Positions 26,821 to 40,450 of a stretch of 64,000 nt of DNA are shown here, in pieces. Under the pieces are notes generated by a model, which saw nothing but the letters and a program-made list of their open reading frames with translations, was not told the origin of the DNA and did no database searches. Location: contig NC_045696.1 of the NCBI RefSeq assembly GCF_009834535.1, positions 18,416,001-18,480,000 of the forward strand. Reading direction: 5' to 3'. The first letter of the stretch is position 1. Each line of letters starts with the position of its first letter. This DNA comes from Camelus ferus. Lineage: Eukaryota. The position numbers were made by a program, and so were the translations under genes.

Positions 26821-27812
26821 TTCTTTGACTTCGTGTTTTCTTATATTAATACCCTGGTGCAGATTAAAAGCTATAAGTTTGCTAAAGCACAAAGACTTCT
26901 GTATTCCAGTTTTTGTATTACTATATTGACGCTTGATAAAATAGCTTTTGTATAAAAGATCCTTTATCAGAAAAACTTCATCATCCCTTGCCTGCAGTAT
27001 TATGATTAAAATTTTAGTACATGGATCATTAATCTGATTTTAAAAAGGATGATCACTTCACATATAGTACTTACATATACTTAGAAATTTTGAATTGAAG
27101 ACATTCTATAATAAAACAATTGTGTAAAATTATGTTAATTATAATACAGAATGAAAACTGGCACACACATAAACACACACTCAAACACAAGCGCACACAA
27201 TGGCAAAGGAGAAAAGGTGAAAAGATCCACAGTTTGTTAGAGAACTCAATATAGATACAAATTTACTTCCTCGAAAGCATTTTCCTACTTGTTTTTGTCC
27301 TCAAATATTTTGTCCTTAATTGTCTTTAAAATATTTTCCTTTAATGGATTCATTGACTCTTTATTGTTCAATTTGATTATTATTATAATCTGGCTATCTT
27401 CAGTTTCCACCAGTATGTAAAACATTTGTTTTACTCCAAGTAATAGATCGTCTAATTGTAGCATTTGTAAATTTAATGGCCTCTAAAAATTAGTCACTAC
27501 ATGCTACACAGAAGTACCCATTTTCTTCTTCGCTGGCTTCATAAGTTATTAAGATACTGAGATATTATTTTATTATTTTGTACAGCCGTGTCTTCCCTCT
27601 TCACCATCAATGTCTTTGTTATAAAAGTGCTCAAACTTACATGAAAGCAATAACACATAAAATGATTAATAATATGTTTAATAATCAAGTAATTTTTGAT
27701 ACATATTTAGTAAAGTTGTTTAATTGTAAGATGTCCAGCCACCAGCCTCCCTTGAACTACAGTTTCTAAGAAAACATGCAGGTGAAATATTACCCTTGAG
27801 TAACCCCATTAA

Positions 27813-27826
27813 CCACTAGGTGGCAG
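27813..27826 (+). promoter_or_regulatory. CTCF core motif
   Basis: CCACTAGGTGGCAG, a close match to the CTCF consensus, in apparently unique sequence. Confidence 0.6.
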
Positions 27827-30329
27827 TATAGACTTTCTTATTTCACAACAATAGTCACTATTTCAATTTCTCTTTTAAATTTTTACTTGAAAAAAATAAA
27901 AATAGTTTACTTGTAAAAACATGTTTAGTACTGTTATATATCTGTGTTATCTCATTTTTTATTGGGAGTTTTCCTATAAGATTTTTAAAATTTTCTATTT
28001 TATGTTTCCTGATTATGAGAATGTAAGAAACCATAATACAACGATTTTATTATTCAGGATTTTATTCTTCAGATAATACAGCTATCTAGATATATAGAGA
28101 TTTATGTAGATATGTAGATACATAATGTGTTTCCTAATTTATAAACAGAAACTTAGGTACTTTCAACATTATATTTTAAAATATTATCTACTTTGTTCCA
28201 GTCAACATTTTAGATATTTAAGTTTTATTTTAGAGGAAAAAAAATCTCTTCATCCAAAATATATGAATAGCTTTGTTTTATTGGAGATACTCTTCTTAAT
28301 AAGAAGGTATTCAGTACTTCAGTACTCCCAGGAGAGTAGAAAAGTCAGTTAAAAATAATTCATTGTTTCAAAGGTGATGTCACTGAGTGATTAATCACTT
28401 ATTCTCCTTGGCTCTTTTCCCCAAATAATCTATTATAGCTCTTATAAAAAAGGCAAGATTAATTGTGTGCTGTTCTCGATGTTTTCTATATTTATAGAAA
28501 TGGATCCAATGGAAAATAATGCATATTTCAGCATATATAGACATTTGCTTGAAAATAGTATTTCTTGCAATTGCTAGATTTATCAGCCAAATAAGATGAC
28601 TTTCTTATGAAGTGTTATAAAGAAATAGGATATTTGGACATTTCAAATGATATTGCCACAGGTTGAAGTTGGGATAACATTTCTAAGGGGGGGCTATTTT
28701 AAAATACTTTGCAATAAAGATAAGGATTGACATGGAGTCAGGTTTCTCAACATGTATTCCATTGTATAGTTGTGAAAGTGTGCAACAATTTAACTGTAAA
28801 GATGTTCATCCAGCATTGTCCATAGTAGTGAAGAATTTGATGCTGCCGTATATACAACAGTGTGGAATTTTAAAAATCATTAATGATTTCCATTAATGGA
28901 ATTTCCATGAAATGGAAAACTAACCACTGAACATATTTCTATATTAATTCACATGAAAATGTATAGACTATTAATTCACATGGAAAAAACAATGATATGT
29001 TCTATTCAAAACCCCCGAATATTTTTAGATTATGGGCTCATTATATAAGAAAACATCATAGTCTCTCTTATTCTATAAAGATTTCTATATATTTATATGT
29101 ATACTCTATAACCTATTTTAGTTATATTTTTATCTTAAAAAATAAAAAGCAAAATAATACATATTTCTGCAGAGTTGGAATGGAGATACATTTGTGAGTC
29201 TATACTAATTTATTTACGTTAAACATGAAAACTTGTTTAAAAGATTAACAATATATACAATATATTACAATTGTACTTTGACAAAAATGCCTACAAATAG
29301 GTATTATTCATGATGAAAATAGGTCAAGTAAAAAATGTAAGTTTCAAGAGTTTAATGCCATTTATTTAATATACAACAAATTTAACTTATAAATAATAAA
29401 CCATTGAGCACTGTTGTAGAAAGAGTCATAAAGTCTTTTCCTGTGAACATAATCATATACAAGTGGGAAGCATGACCTACGTGATCATTGGGACAACTCG
29501 TCAGGCCTCTCGGGACCTCAGGAGCTGTGAGTAGGGACTGGCTATGCTGGGAATTACATACTGGGGAATTTGCCTCCACATTAATTGACGTAATAAAGTA
29601 CTGAACAAAAACCTTAACTGAATAACTGTAGTGATACTGAAAATTCTCCTATAATAAACCAAGTGTATATGCATATTCATTTAATGATTACTGCGTAAGA
29701 AACAATGCGTTTCTTCAGATCATTACCAATACCAATATGCATTTTATATTACCCCAAAATATTAGAATTTTAATCAGTGTAGCATATAACAAATCGGAAA
29801 TACAAAATGCATCCAATTCATCTGACTCTATTAAATTCATTACACATAGAAGCCGTTGAGATATTTTTATCACTGTGTTTCAGTCTTCTTTTTAATCATT
29901 CATGAAGGACTTCTTATCGCACTCCTTTTGGCTATAAAGCTTGGAACTTTTGGTTATAAGGCATGGATCAAAATTCTAATAATTATCCTTTTATTATATT
30001 TGTAATACAAGATTCTCAAATTATATAGCTTTCTGTCGCTCCCCTAGAAGTCCTGGGAAGAAGGCCACAGCTCAAGTGAGGTGCACAAAATTTGAATTTT
30101 TGTGTCTACAAGAAGAGATGAAAGCTGAAAGACACAGAGAAAATAGCAGTTCCCATTCTTACTTACATTAGAAAAATTTCAATTAAATCTGATTTTGCAT
30201 TAGTTGACATAAATTATATATATATATTCTTTTACTTCTTTAGTAACACTCATCAAACTTAATGATATAAACCCTCTTTCTCTCCATGTCTCTTCTTTCT
30301 TTTTCTTTTTTTCTTCCTTCCTTCCTTCT

Positions 30330-32400
30330 TTCCTTTCCCTCTCCTCCAGTCCTTGACAACCACCATTCCACTTTGTGTGTTTTAATTTATCTCATCAGTG
30401 CTTTATTAAAAGTTTATATTTTAGTTAAAATGCCTTATTAATTTTACCTCTACGTGTTTCATGTTTCTGGTTGCAATCATAATTAATATACACTTTTAAA
30501 TTTTAAATTTTTCAATCCTTTGCTGCTGAACTATGGAAATATAATTGATGTGAATTATTGACCTTTATTTTGCAAAATATTAATAATATTAGTTCTAGTA
30601 GTGTTTTTGGAATTTTTATTGGATTTTTAAAATGTAAATAATCCTGCTATCTGCAGACGAAGGCAGTTCAGTTTCTTTTCAATCTTCTTCTCCTTGACCT
30701 CTTTTTCTTGCTCCATGGCACTGGCTGAGACATCCAGTACAATGCTAAACAGAGCAGACATCCTTGTCGCATTCCCACCGGTAGGGGAACGTGACCTGTC
30801 ACTCATGATTAATGGTACTTGGTGCTAATGTGGAGAATAGGGGTCTGCTGCCAATCTGTGTTTTATCTGTTTGAAAATTTTTACTGCTTATATTTTTGAA
30901 ACATATTTTGTCTGGGTACAAAGGTAGAAGTTGACAGTGGTTTTCTTTGTCCATCACAAAAGGGTCGGTTCATTCTCTTTCTGCCTGCATCATTTCAGAT
31001 AAGAAGCGTGCTTTCATTCTGACATTTATTTCTCTGGATCTAATGTGTATTTTTACCTCTGGCCATTTTGAAACTTTCTTTTTAGCATTGGCTTTGAGTA
31101 ATTTGATTTTGTCTGCTTTGGCGTGGTGTTCTACCTGTTTATCCTGGTCTGGGTTTGTTGAGATTCTGGGCTCTGTGTGTTTAGACTTTTCATCAAATTT
31201 GAAAAAATGTTCATTGTTTCTTGCTTCACTATTTTGTGTATCCCCTTCTCTTTCTTGTACTCAACTAATACGTATGTTTGATTCCTTGATACTGTCCCAC
31301 ATGTCACAGAGGGCCTGGCTAGTTTTTCAGCCTTATTTTCCTCCCTTTCTCTTGTGCTTCATCTTAGATATTTTCTGTTTTTATGTTTTCTATTGAGTAA
31401 ATATTTTCTTCAATAGTTCCTGAAGTGCTCTTTGATTTCAAGTGTATTCTTTACTTCCAGAAGTTATATTTGGAACTTTCTTATATCCTACTTTTCTCTT
31501 TTCATCATATTTGTGTTTTATTTTGCATATTGGGTGAATGTGTATGCATATATATAGCATTTATTTAACAGATGTTTTAACATACTCATCTGTTCCTTTT
31601 TTTTTAATCACTTCTGTTTACGTGGCTAATGACTTTTTTCCCCTCTTGATTACGTGTAATGTTTCTCTGTTTGTTTATTTGTTTTGGGTTTCAGATGTTG
31701 TGAACTGTACCATGTTGAGTGCTGGATTTTGTCATATTCTTTCAATGAATATTGAAATATATTCTGATAAATTACTTGAAGATCATTTTGAACCCTTAAG
31801 CGCATATTTGTAAGCTCTCTTAGAGGAGGTTTAGAACAGCTTTTGCCTTCAAGTTAACTAACCACACTTCTTAGGTATGGCTGTGTGGGAACCTCTGATA
31901 AATCACCTATGGATTTAAAATGCGTCTTTCTCTACTGATCATCTTTTTGTGACTTGAAGGGCCCTAATAAGTTTTTGACTTGTTCTCTCCCCGGAAGATG
32001 TTCTGTCCAGGCCTCACTGTGCATACTCACAGAGGTATTCAACTAAAAACGCTTCAAGGGGATTTATTTGTATTTCCGGAATTCCTCCCTGCGAATGGCG
32101 TCATCCAAGCAGCTCTCCTCCACAAGTTATAGTTCCTTTAGCCTCTTCAGATCTTTTACTTGTTTCATCAACTGAGTGAAATTGCTGGGCCCTGTTCCGC
32201 CTCCTCCCTTCCTGGGCTGGAGTCCACACACCACATCCAGCCCGAAGGCCCTGGTGATGGTAGGAGTCACACGATTTGATTCCTTTCTCTACCTGCTGAC
32301 TTTTGTTCAAGATCAAAGATACATTTTCTATATTTTGCTAATTTTTCTAGTTGCTTACTTTGTGTGGATAATGTTAGGGCAATGTTCCTCTTTCATGCAT
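30330..32400 (-). mobile_element. Ancient L1M/HAL1-like fragments
   Basis: gcactggctgagacatccagtacaatgctaaacagag...catccttgtc (ORF2 antisense); tctgggtacaaagg..agttgacag, gggtttgttgagattc (ORF1-like antisense). Confidence 0.65.
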
Positions 32401-32439
32401 TAAAAGCAATGCCAGGAAGCAATGTTCCACGACTATTTT

Positions 32440-32900
32440 TATGTTTCTTTATGGTCTTAACTTTCTGAGCAAAAATCTCTGGCCACCAACAGATGAGTAA
32501 GTAACTTAGACATTAGAGATTATGTCCTTCTCTGCAGTGGTTCACAGTTTTATCTCCCCTAAAGCCACAAGTTTACAGTTCAAATGGTAATGAGTTTAGA
32601 GATCTTCACCTCTTATCCACAGAAAGGATTTGTTTATCTTAGAAAGATAAGTTCTCTTTCCTCCTGAGGGGATGAGGGAAGTTGTGCAAGTTTACCCTAA
32701 ATAAGCTTTGAGATTTACAATTTCAGAGTTTCTCTACCACAGGGCAAACCCACATTCTGCACGTACAGGCGACACTTGAATCACACTATGTCCTCCCAGG
32801 AGGAAATCAGAGTGTGTGGAACTGTCTGTCTCTGAGAGCTTATGCAAGCAAATAATTGGCCTGCTTTTGAGCCAGAAATCTCATGTTTACTGTCAAGAGA
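32440..32900 (+). mobile_element. Old ERV1-like LTR
   Basis: ttatcttagaaagataag, taaataagct..gagtttctct, gagccagaaatctcatgt pattern. Confidence 0.4.
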
Positions 32901-33404
32901 AAATAAATAGATAAAATATTTCACTTATCAAGCCAATATTCCTGTAATGTTTTATTAAAAGATGCCAGCATCTTCAAACTATAGTTTTGATAAAAGTCAT
33001 ATAGTTAAGATAGCATAGTTAAGGAAATACAGTTAGCCATATTTAAAGGCGAAATTGCATAGTTGAAGACTGGATATAATACCAAAATTGCTACAACTTA
33101 GAGTCCATGATTTTTATCTTTATGTTCTAGCCATTGCTAATTTATTTTCTTAAAGATTCATGTGCTTTTTAAAAAACCTTTACAGCCTTATATTGATTAT
33201 TATATAAATTCTGCGATCATGTATTGTATATAAATGTACACAGTCATTAGCAAACATAATTAAAATTTTTTAATTTATATTTTCAAATAAGCTTTATAAT
33301 TTCTTGAATTACTATCTATGACATATATGAAAGAATGTTTAAATTTTCTGAAAAATGATGCATTATTTTTTAAATAAGCATTGCTACCCATAAAAGATAG
33401 TTAC

Positions 33405-33560
33405 TCCCTAGCTTTACTGAGATATAATTGCTATAAAATGAACTGCACATAATTAGTGTACACAATTTGGTGATTTTGGACGTATGCATACAAATGTTAT
33501 CATCACCACAATCTAGCTAATAAACACATCTGTCACCTCCTAAAGTTTCCCTTTGTCCTT
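33405..33560 (-). mobile_element. L1MA 3' terminal fragment
   Basis: agctttactgagatataattg...gtgtacacaatttggtg...catcaccacaatc. Confidence 0.75.
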
Positions 33561-35399
33561 TTGGGGTTGTTGTTTTTTTTTTTTTCACCCCACTCCCAAG
33601 AAAGATACTTTGAATATAACAAATAGCTGTGACTTGTACATATAGTAACAATTTAAGAAATATTTCCCACAGTAAGTGCTCTAGAGGTGACATTGGATCT
33701 TAGCATGGCTGAGATGAATGAAGTTGCTAAAAGTTGTTTCTTACGAGATTTTTGCCCAATGTTGACTTTTTATCCAGATTCTCGTGTGTGTTTAAGGGTC
33801 TTGATTAATTAGAAGTCTTTTCTTATATAAATGAGAATTTCATTCTCTAATATTTTAAAGAGGAATTTATGATATAATATCCCCCAATAAAATAAGTTTC
33901 TGTAAAACCACAAGGAAGTGTAAGTACTGTTTAAATTCCAGTTGTTTGGAAGGTAAGATGCTTTGTGTATTTCTGCCTTATTAAGATGTTTACGTGCTAG
34001 AGGTTTATTTAAAACTCAAATAATCCATTATGTCCTTGTCAAATTAAAATCAGAGCTTGACCTAGCCTGTATCACTGTCAAATACTAAACTGTGGAGGGG
34101 AAAAAACACCTTGAAATATGACCAACCTGCATCTCATAGAAGTAAATTTTGCACATAGTACATATCAAAAATATTATAATTCATTTATTCATTGAATGAG
34201 AAGCAATCCTGAGATTTTCTACGTATCTAACACTAGAACATGCCACAATTTTTCATTTGTGTTTGAAGTATACACACTGATGTTACTCTGAGATTGGTGC
34301 CCTTGCAATCGTGATGAATTGCCCAGAATGGTCCTGGCCAGGCATCCTGCTCTCCACGGGGAAAACCGTCACAATGTGTCTTCAAGGATATCACTGACTT
34401 TCAGGAATGAATGTCACCTACAGCCTCACCAATTCTCTTTCCAGGGCATCCTAACCTTTCAATATCTAATAGCCTGCCTTCTATCACTGACAGTTTTGTT
34501 ATAGCCTTCATTCATTTAAAGCTTCCTCAAGCTCTTAAGTGTCTGTTTTTCAAAGGCATCTGATCATCCCCTTTAAGACTTCATTCTTTTTCTGTCACGT
34601 TTTGCCTTATTGCTAAAAGTACTGAGGTTGTTAGTAATTCATAGTCAAATACACAAGGAAACAAGATGGGTAGGTATGCCAAAACTCATCTGATGATACT
34701 GAGAACTTGTTCTTGTTATGTAAATTCATTAAATGTTATATCTTACTAAAATCTAAAAGAAAAACCTAAATTATCATGGAATTTAACAATGGAGGATGGC
34801 TTATACTTAAATATTCATTTAATTGCCCTTAGCTTATTGTATTTGAGTTTAGCAAATAAGTAGTTTTTTTAACAGCCTTGGGCTTTCTATCATAAAATAG
34901 GATTATTTATAATAAAATTCTACTGAAGAACGGGTTAATCTATGGCCATAATTCGTGTATTTTTCATGACAGCTTTGAAAGTTTAAGTTAAATAGTTTGT
35001 TCTTTCTCTGACTCTCCCTCTTTTTTTTCCTCAAAATAACTTCTAATAACTCAGCAATAGATCAGGTTGCTCCAGTTGTTCAATCAGCACTGAAACAACC
35101 TGATTTACTGTTTCATTTATTTCAGTTCCATTCTGTTAAATCCCCTCATACCCCGCCTTTCCAGTGCGTAATAAAAATGACAAAGGAATTGCTTTGAATA
35201 GTTAGATAAAGATCTTATTATGTCAGTTCTTGTCATTTCTAAGGGTATGATATAGTACTGTATTTTACGACTAATCTTATGCCCATAAAATATATGCATA
35301 CAATATATTTTCTTGCAATCAGTTACAAAATATTAGATAAAATGCCTCCTCTACTCAAATACCTATCCTAGAAGAGCAGCAACAGGAAAAGTGTATATA

Positions 35400-35716
35400 C
35401 TGCTTTTTTTTTTTGGCAAAAGTTTGAAGAGAAGCATAACCATCTTAAACAAAGGAAGCAGTAACAGGTGCCCTGCAGAAGTTTCAAAGAGCAAAGTTTA
35501 GAGTATGAGACATATGCATATGTGGGCAGAACATCCCCAGGCTCTTTTTATCACTTTGAAACAGAGACTGTTAGCCCAGAGGCTTTCGAGGTGGCTCATG
35601 CTCCCGTATGTTTACAGGGAGCAATTCTATTTTCATGAACAGGTCAGGGTACGTATGTAGCTCAGACATAAAGACAAGCTTGTGGGTAGAGTGACAAAGA
35701 AGAATCTCCTGTAGCA
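35400..35716 (-). mobile_element. Old LTR-like element
   Basis: accatcttaaacaaaggaagc ... aatctcctgtagca terminus. Confidence 0.4.
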
Positions 35717-36191
35717 TTCTGCCTAACTAAAGGACTAGAGACACTGATGATCTAAGAGTATTTTGAGTATTTTGCTTTGTCTCGCTACTATAAAGCTCAC
35801 GCCAGGCTTTTGCTACAGCAACATACGTCAATGATGATATATATGTGAATGGGAAGCATTGGTAGCTTTTCAAAAAATGTTTAATAATATTTTGTAGCTG
35901 GATAATTTTTATGTATAGATTTCTGGCACAAAAGCATTTCTTGCTCATAAAGTTAAATTAAGGCACTTCCACATATTGTTGGGATATAGAAAGGTTGAAG
36001 AGATAATTGCTTATTCATAACAAAGAGGCAATACCAGACAAGCTCCTTCCTCAGAAAGAAGAGACGCATGGTTGCTTTCAGGTCTCAGGCCATGATAAAG
36101 GCACAAACTGCCATTAAAGAGGATAATAAGGAAACAGTTGGATTGTCAATGAATTTTAATCTTTAACTGTGAATTGATATGAAAAAGTATA

Positions 36192-36492
36192 CAGTTGTCC
36201 CTCCATATCTGTGGGTGATTGATTTCAGGATCCCCTGTGAATATCATAATCTGTGGATGCCCGAGACCCTTATATAAAATGGCATAGTAGTTGCATATAA
36301 CCTGAGTACTTTAAATCATGTCTAAATTACCTATAATACCTAATGTAATACAAAGTTATATAGATAGTTACAGACATGCAGCAAATTGAAGTTTCACTTT
36401 CTGGAACTTTCTGAAAAAAATTTTTGCATATTTTTGGTTAGTGGTTAGTTGAATCCGAGGATATGGAATCTGCTGATACAGAGGGCCAAGTG
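36192..36492. mobile_element. MER2 (Tigger family) MITE
   Basis: TA-cagttgtccctccatatc ... gatacagagggccaagtg-TA; cccttatataaaatggcatagta. Confidence 0.88.
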
Positions 36493-36879
36493 TAACCCTG
36501 ATGTCCCCCAGTCATGCTGCCATTCCTATCCCATTGAGTCTTTACTAGTTATGTATCAGCAGCACATTGAAGGCTATAGACATGTGAAGAAGACAAGAGG
36601 AATCTCTGGAGATATGACAAGGCTGCTGTAGAGGACAGGATCTCAAGAGCATCACCATCTGGTGAGTGGTCTTTTGTTAGTGGATTGTGGTACCCTGCAG
36701 AAGACTGGCCACAGGGTAGTAGGATAAAGAGGTAATTTAGGGGTGGGGAAAGTGGAAGGGCAAGTGGAAAACAAAATCTCGTAAGTTTGCTGTAAACCAG
36801 ACAAACATCTGCTGCGGATTAAAAAGCTGGTGTTTGGGTTGTCCAAAGTCCCTTGGTGTTCATATGCCCTCTTAAAAAA

Positions 36880-39800
36880 TAGAAAGCTTTAACCTGATTT
36901 GAAAATATTTGAAGCCAGTGGTAAATTGAACTTAATTAAAGCTGCAGTGTAGCCCAGATCCAGTTCAAAAATAGATAAATTTATACAGCTTTCTACCCCT
37001 TTAATACACACAGACTGAAAACAAAAGCAACTGCATCGGCCTTTCATGAAAAAGCAGGAAAATGTGACCAACACTGAAGGGATAAAGTCATTAACAGACT
37101 CTGACCTACAGTAAAAGATTTCCTCAAGACATTTGTGACAATCCAGACAGTGTAACATAAGTAAAATCAGAGTCCTATAAGGTAAAGATAGAGAAGGTAG
37201 CAGAATAATTATTTGAGGAAATAATGCCTAAAAATTGTCAAATTTAATAAAAGACAATACTGCATATCCAAGAATCTCTGCAAAACACAAAACCCAGGAT
37301 AAATAATAATCAAAAATACAAACACCCAGATAAGATAGAATACTAAAAATTGGAAAAAACATTGTAAAATCCTACTTACTTATACTAACTCAAAGAAGAC
37401 ATAAAAGAAGAAAAAGAGGGAAAAAGAATAGGCATAGTAAATAGAAAACAAAAAAAAGATGATTGAATTAAAATTGCCTGCCAATCGTTAAATTAAAGAA
37501 ATTAATATTTTTGTTTAAATGGTAGAAATTTTTAATTAAACATCACTGTTCCATACAGATAGAAATTGTTTACAAAAACACAATTTAAATAAAGTTTGAA
37601 ACAGAGACAGGAAATAAAACAGAAAATAAAAAGATGAATGAGGTAAAATGAAAACAACTTGAGAAAGCTACAACTAAACTAAAATATTACGCTGTATTAA
37701 CAGCAGACAAAGTAAACCTCAAGAGTAAGAGTACTACCGGAGTTATTTTTAAGTATGTTTAAATTAACTAAAAATAGAAAACTCAGACTGTCCTTATTAG
37801 CATTCCTTCCACATTTACATGGAATGTTTACCAATATTGCCAACGTAGCCCATATTATGAGCCATAAAATACCTCAGCAAATTTTGCAGGTCTGAAATCA
37901 GGTATAGTTTGTTCTCCTATTGTAACAGTATTAACATAGATACACTACGTTATCCGAAAATTCTCAGTATTTAGAAATTAAGCAACTCACTGCTAATACA
38001 TATTCATGGGATAAAGAAGAAAGCACAGAGAAAACTGGAAAACACTACAATATGACTGAAGACCACAAGTCAGCATATCAGAATTTGAAAATGCAGCCCG
38101 AGCAATGTTTACATGGAAATTTAGATCTTTAAGTAACTATAATACAAAAGGAGGAATGTAGATCAATAATCTTAAGCTTTCACATTAAGAAACTAAACAA
38201 AGAAAAGTAATCACATAGTGAAAAGACTGGAAATAGTAAGACTAAAAATAGAAATCAGTAAAAGAGCAAATAGAAAAAAAAAATCAACAATAATTTAAAA
38301 TTCTCTTTTTAATATAGATATATTGAAAAACACAGACAATACTAAATAACAATATCAGTATGTGAAAAGGCATAAAAATTATAATAAAAATAATATAAAT
38401 TCTTTAATGGCAATAATTTTGACATAGTAGATGGAATCACAAAAAGCTTTATGATATTTTGCTTACTTATGCTAACAGAAGAAGAATTAGAAAGTTTGAA
38501 TAATTATCTATTCATTATGAAATGAATTTTTAATTCAAAATAACCTTTCTTCAAAAAAATCTTCAGGTCTAATTTGCTTCACTGCTAAATTCTATCAAAC
38601 CCATAGGAAGAAATAATAATACATAATCTCAGAAATCCACTAATAAGGATAATTCCCAGCTCATTTTAGGAAGCTGGAAAAACCCCAATAGTAAAACCTG
38701 ACAAAGATATTATCAAATAAACAAAAACTGAACATCAATATACTTGAACAAAAGTACAAAATTCTTCAAATAAATATTAGGACATTCATTCAGAAATGTA
38801 TAAAAACAATATTTCATGACCAAGTGAAGTTTATTAAAGAATGCAATGTTGGTTTAACATTTGAAAACCAAACAATAGTATTCACACATTAAAATCAAAA
38901 GGGGGAAAAATATTATCTCAATAGAAGCAGAAAATAAAAAATAAATAGGTAGTCATGATATTTAAAAGAAATCCCAGAACTAAGAATATAAATCATACGA
39001 GTTTTCTAGAGCTGCTGTAACAAAAGTACCACAGACTGAGAGACTTAGAACAACAGAAATTGATTTCCTCCCAGTTCTGTTGGCCAGAAATCTGACATCA
39101 AAGTATTAGCTGAGCCATGCTCGCTCTGATGGTGCTGGGGGGAGATCTGCTCCAGGTCTCTTACTTAGCTTCTGGTGGTTCGTCAGCTTATAGTAGCATA
39201 AGTCCATCTTCTTAAGGAGTTTTCCCTGTGTATGCATGTCTGTGTCCAAAGTTCCCTTTTTATAAGTCTTCATTGAACTAGGGGCCGACCCTTCTCCAGT
39301 ATCATTTCATCTTAACAATTAATCATACCTGCATCGATTCTGTTTCCCAATAAGGTCACATTCTGAGGCATGGGGAGTTAGGATTCAAACATACTCATTT
39401 TGGGTGGTTACAATTTAATCCATAACAGAAGTAAATTTCATCGCTTTGGTAAAAAGTACTAATAAAATGCCATTTATACTATACCATTTATACCATAGTT
39501 AATATTTGAAATATTAAACATCCTGTCTTTATGATCAGAGAGAAAATCAAAAGATACCCATTATCATCATTGTACTATAAATCCTAACCAGTAATGTGAG
39601 TCAAGAAAAAAGTGTCAGAATATTGGAAAATAAGTTAAAATTCATTCATTCACAGATACAATTATTTATTTATATGGTCTTAGGAATCCTCAAAAACTAA
39701 AAGAATTACCAGGAGAATACAGCAACATCACAAGACGAAATTCAGTAGCACTTTTTATATAACAGAGATAAACAATAAGAAATTATTTTATAAAACCAAT

Positions 39801-40030
39801 TTACTGTTATATTAAAGATAAAAAAAATCTTCAAGAATAAATCTAATGGATCGTATGCCACACTTCTACCTTGAAAATCCCAAAGCATTGTTATGACAAA
39901 TTAAAGAAGACTTAAGTAAATATAGAATTATACCATGTTCATGCATTGGAAGACACAATCTAGTTGATACATCCATTTTCCCCAAACTGATCTATTTATA
40001 TATCATAATTCCAATTAAAATCATAGCAAG
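36880..40030 (+). mobile_element. Highly degenerate long L1M (ORF1-ORF2)
   Basis: A-rich, with collinear ORF2 motifs: cagacaaagtaaac (EN), catgaccaagtgaagtttatt, tctcaatagaagcagaaaa, ccatgttcatgcattggaagac. Confidence 0.8.
38995..39427 (-). mobile_element. MLT1C/D MaLR LTR inside L1
   Basis: gctgctgtaacaaaagtaccacagactg ... aataaggtcacattctgagg ... caatttaatccataaca. Confidence 0.88.
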
Positions 40031-40039
40031 TGATCAGCT

Positions 40040-40450
40040 ATCAGCTAAGATATAGTGACAGAGATCAGATTTACTTTCCTGCCAGAAATAACAAAAAGTA
40101 AAATCAAAACTAAAACAATCAAACAATAAATGATGATGCTTGTTAGGTGATACCGGACATCAGGCAATGGATGCCAGCAATCCTCAATACAAACAAAGTA
40201 CATGCTACAATTGTTTCTTTTCAATGCTTTGAACTAGCAGCACTTGGTGATGGTGGGAGTGATGGGGGTTGGGGGATGGGGCAGGACCTAGGTGAAACCT
40301 GATGCAATCCCTGAGGAGGATTAACTGAATGCTGGGAGAACAAGAAAGTTAACGTGGTGGGCTATCGGAGAGGAGAGAGCTACCCAGAGAAAATTCCAGA
40401 GATCTTCAGAATGTCCCCTTCAAGTACAGATCAGAGTACTGTTCAACGGA
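40040..40450 (+). mobile_element. L1M/HAL1-like 5' region fragment
   Basis: ccagagatcttcagaatgtcccc..aagtac; related sequence antisense at 60250-60740. Confidence 0.5.

Noticed and set aside
30947..31813. Hydrophobic 149-aa and 91-aa ORFs
   Set aside because: T-rich antisense strand of an ancient LINE, which yields Phe/Leu-rich chance ORFs.
34280..34510. GC-richer unique patch with a 61-aa ORF
   Set aside because: No coherent acceptor/donor pair and no recognisable peptide.
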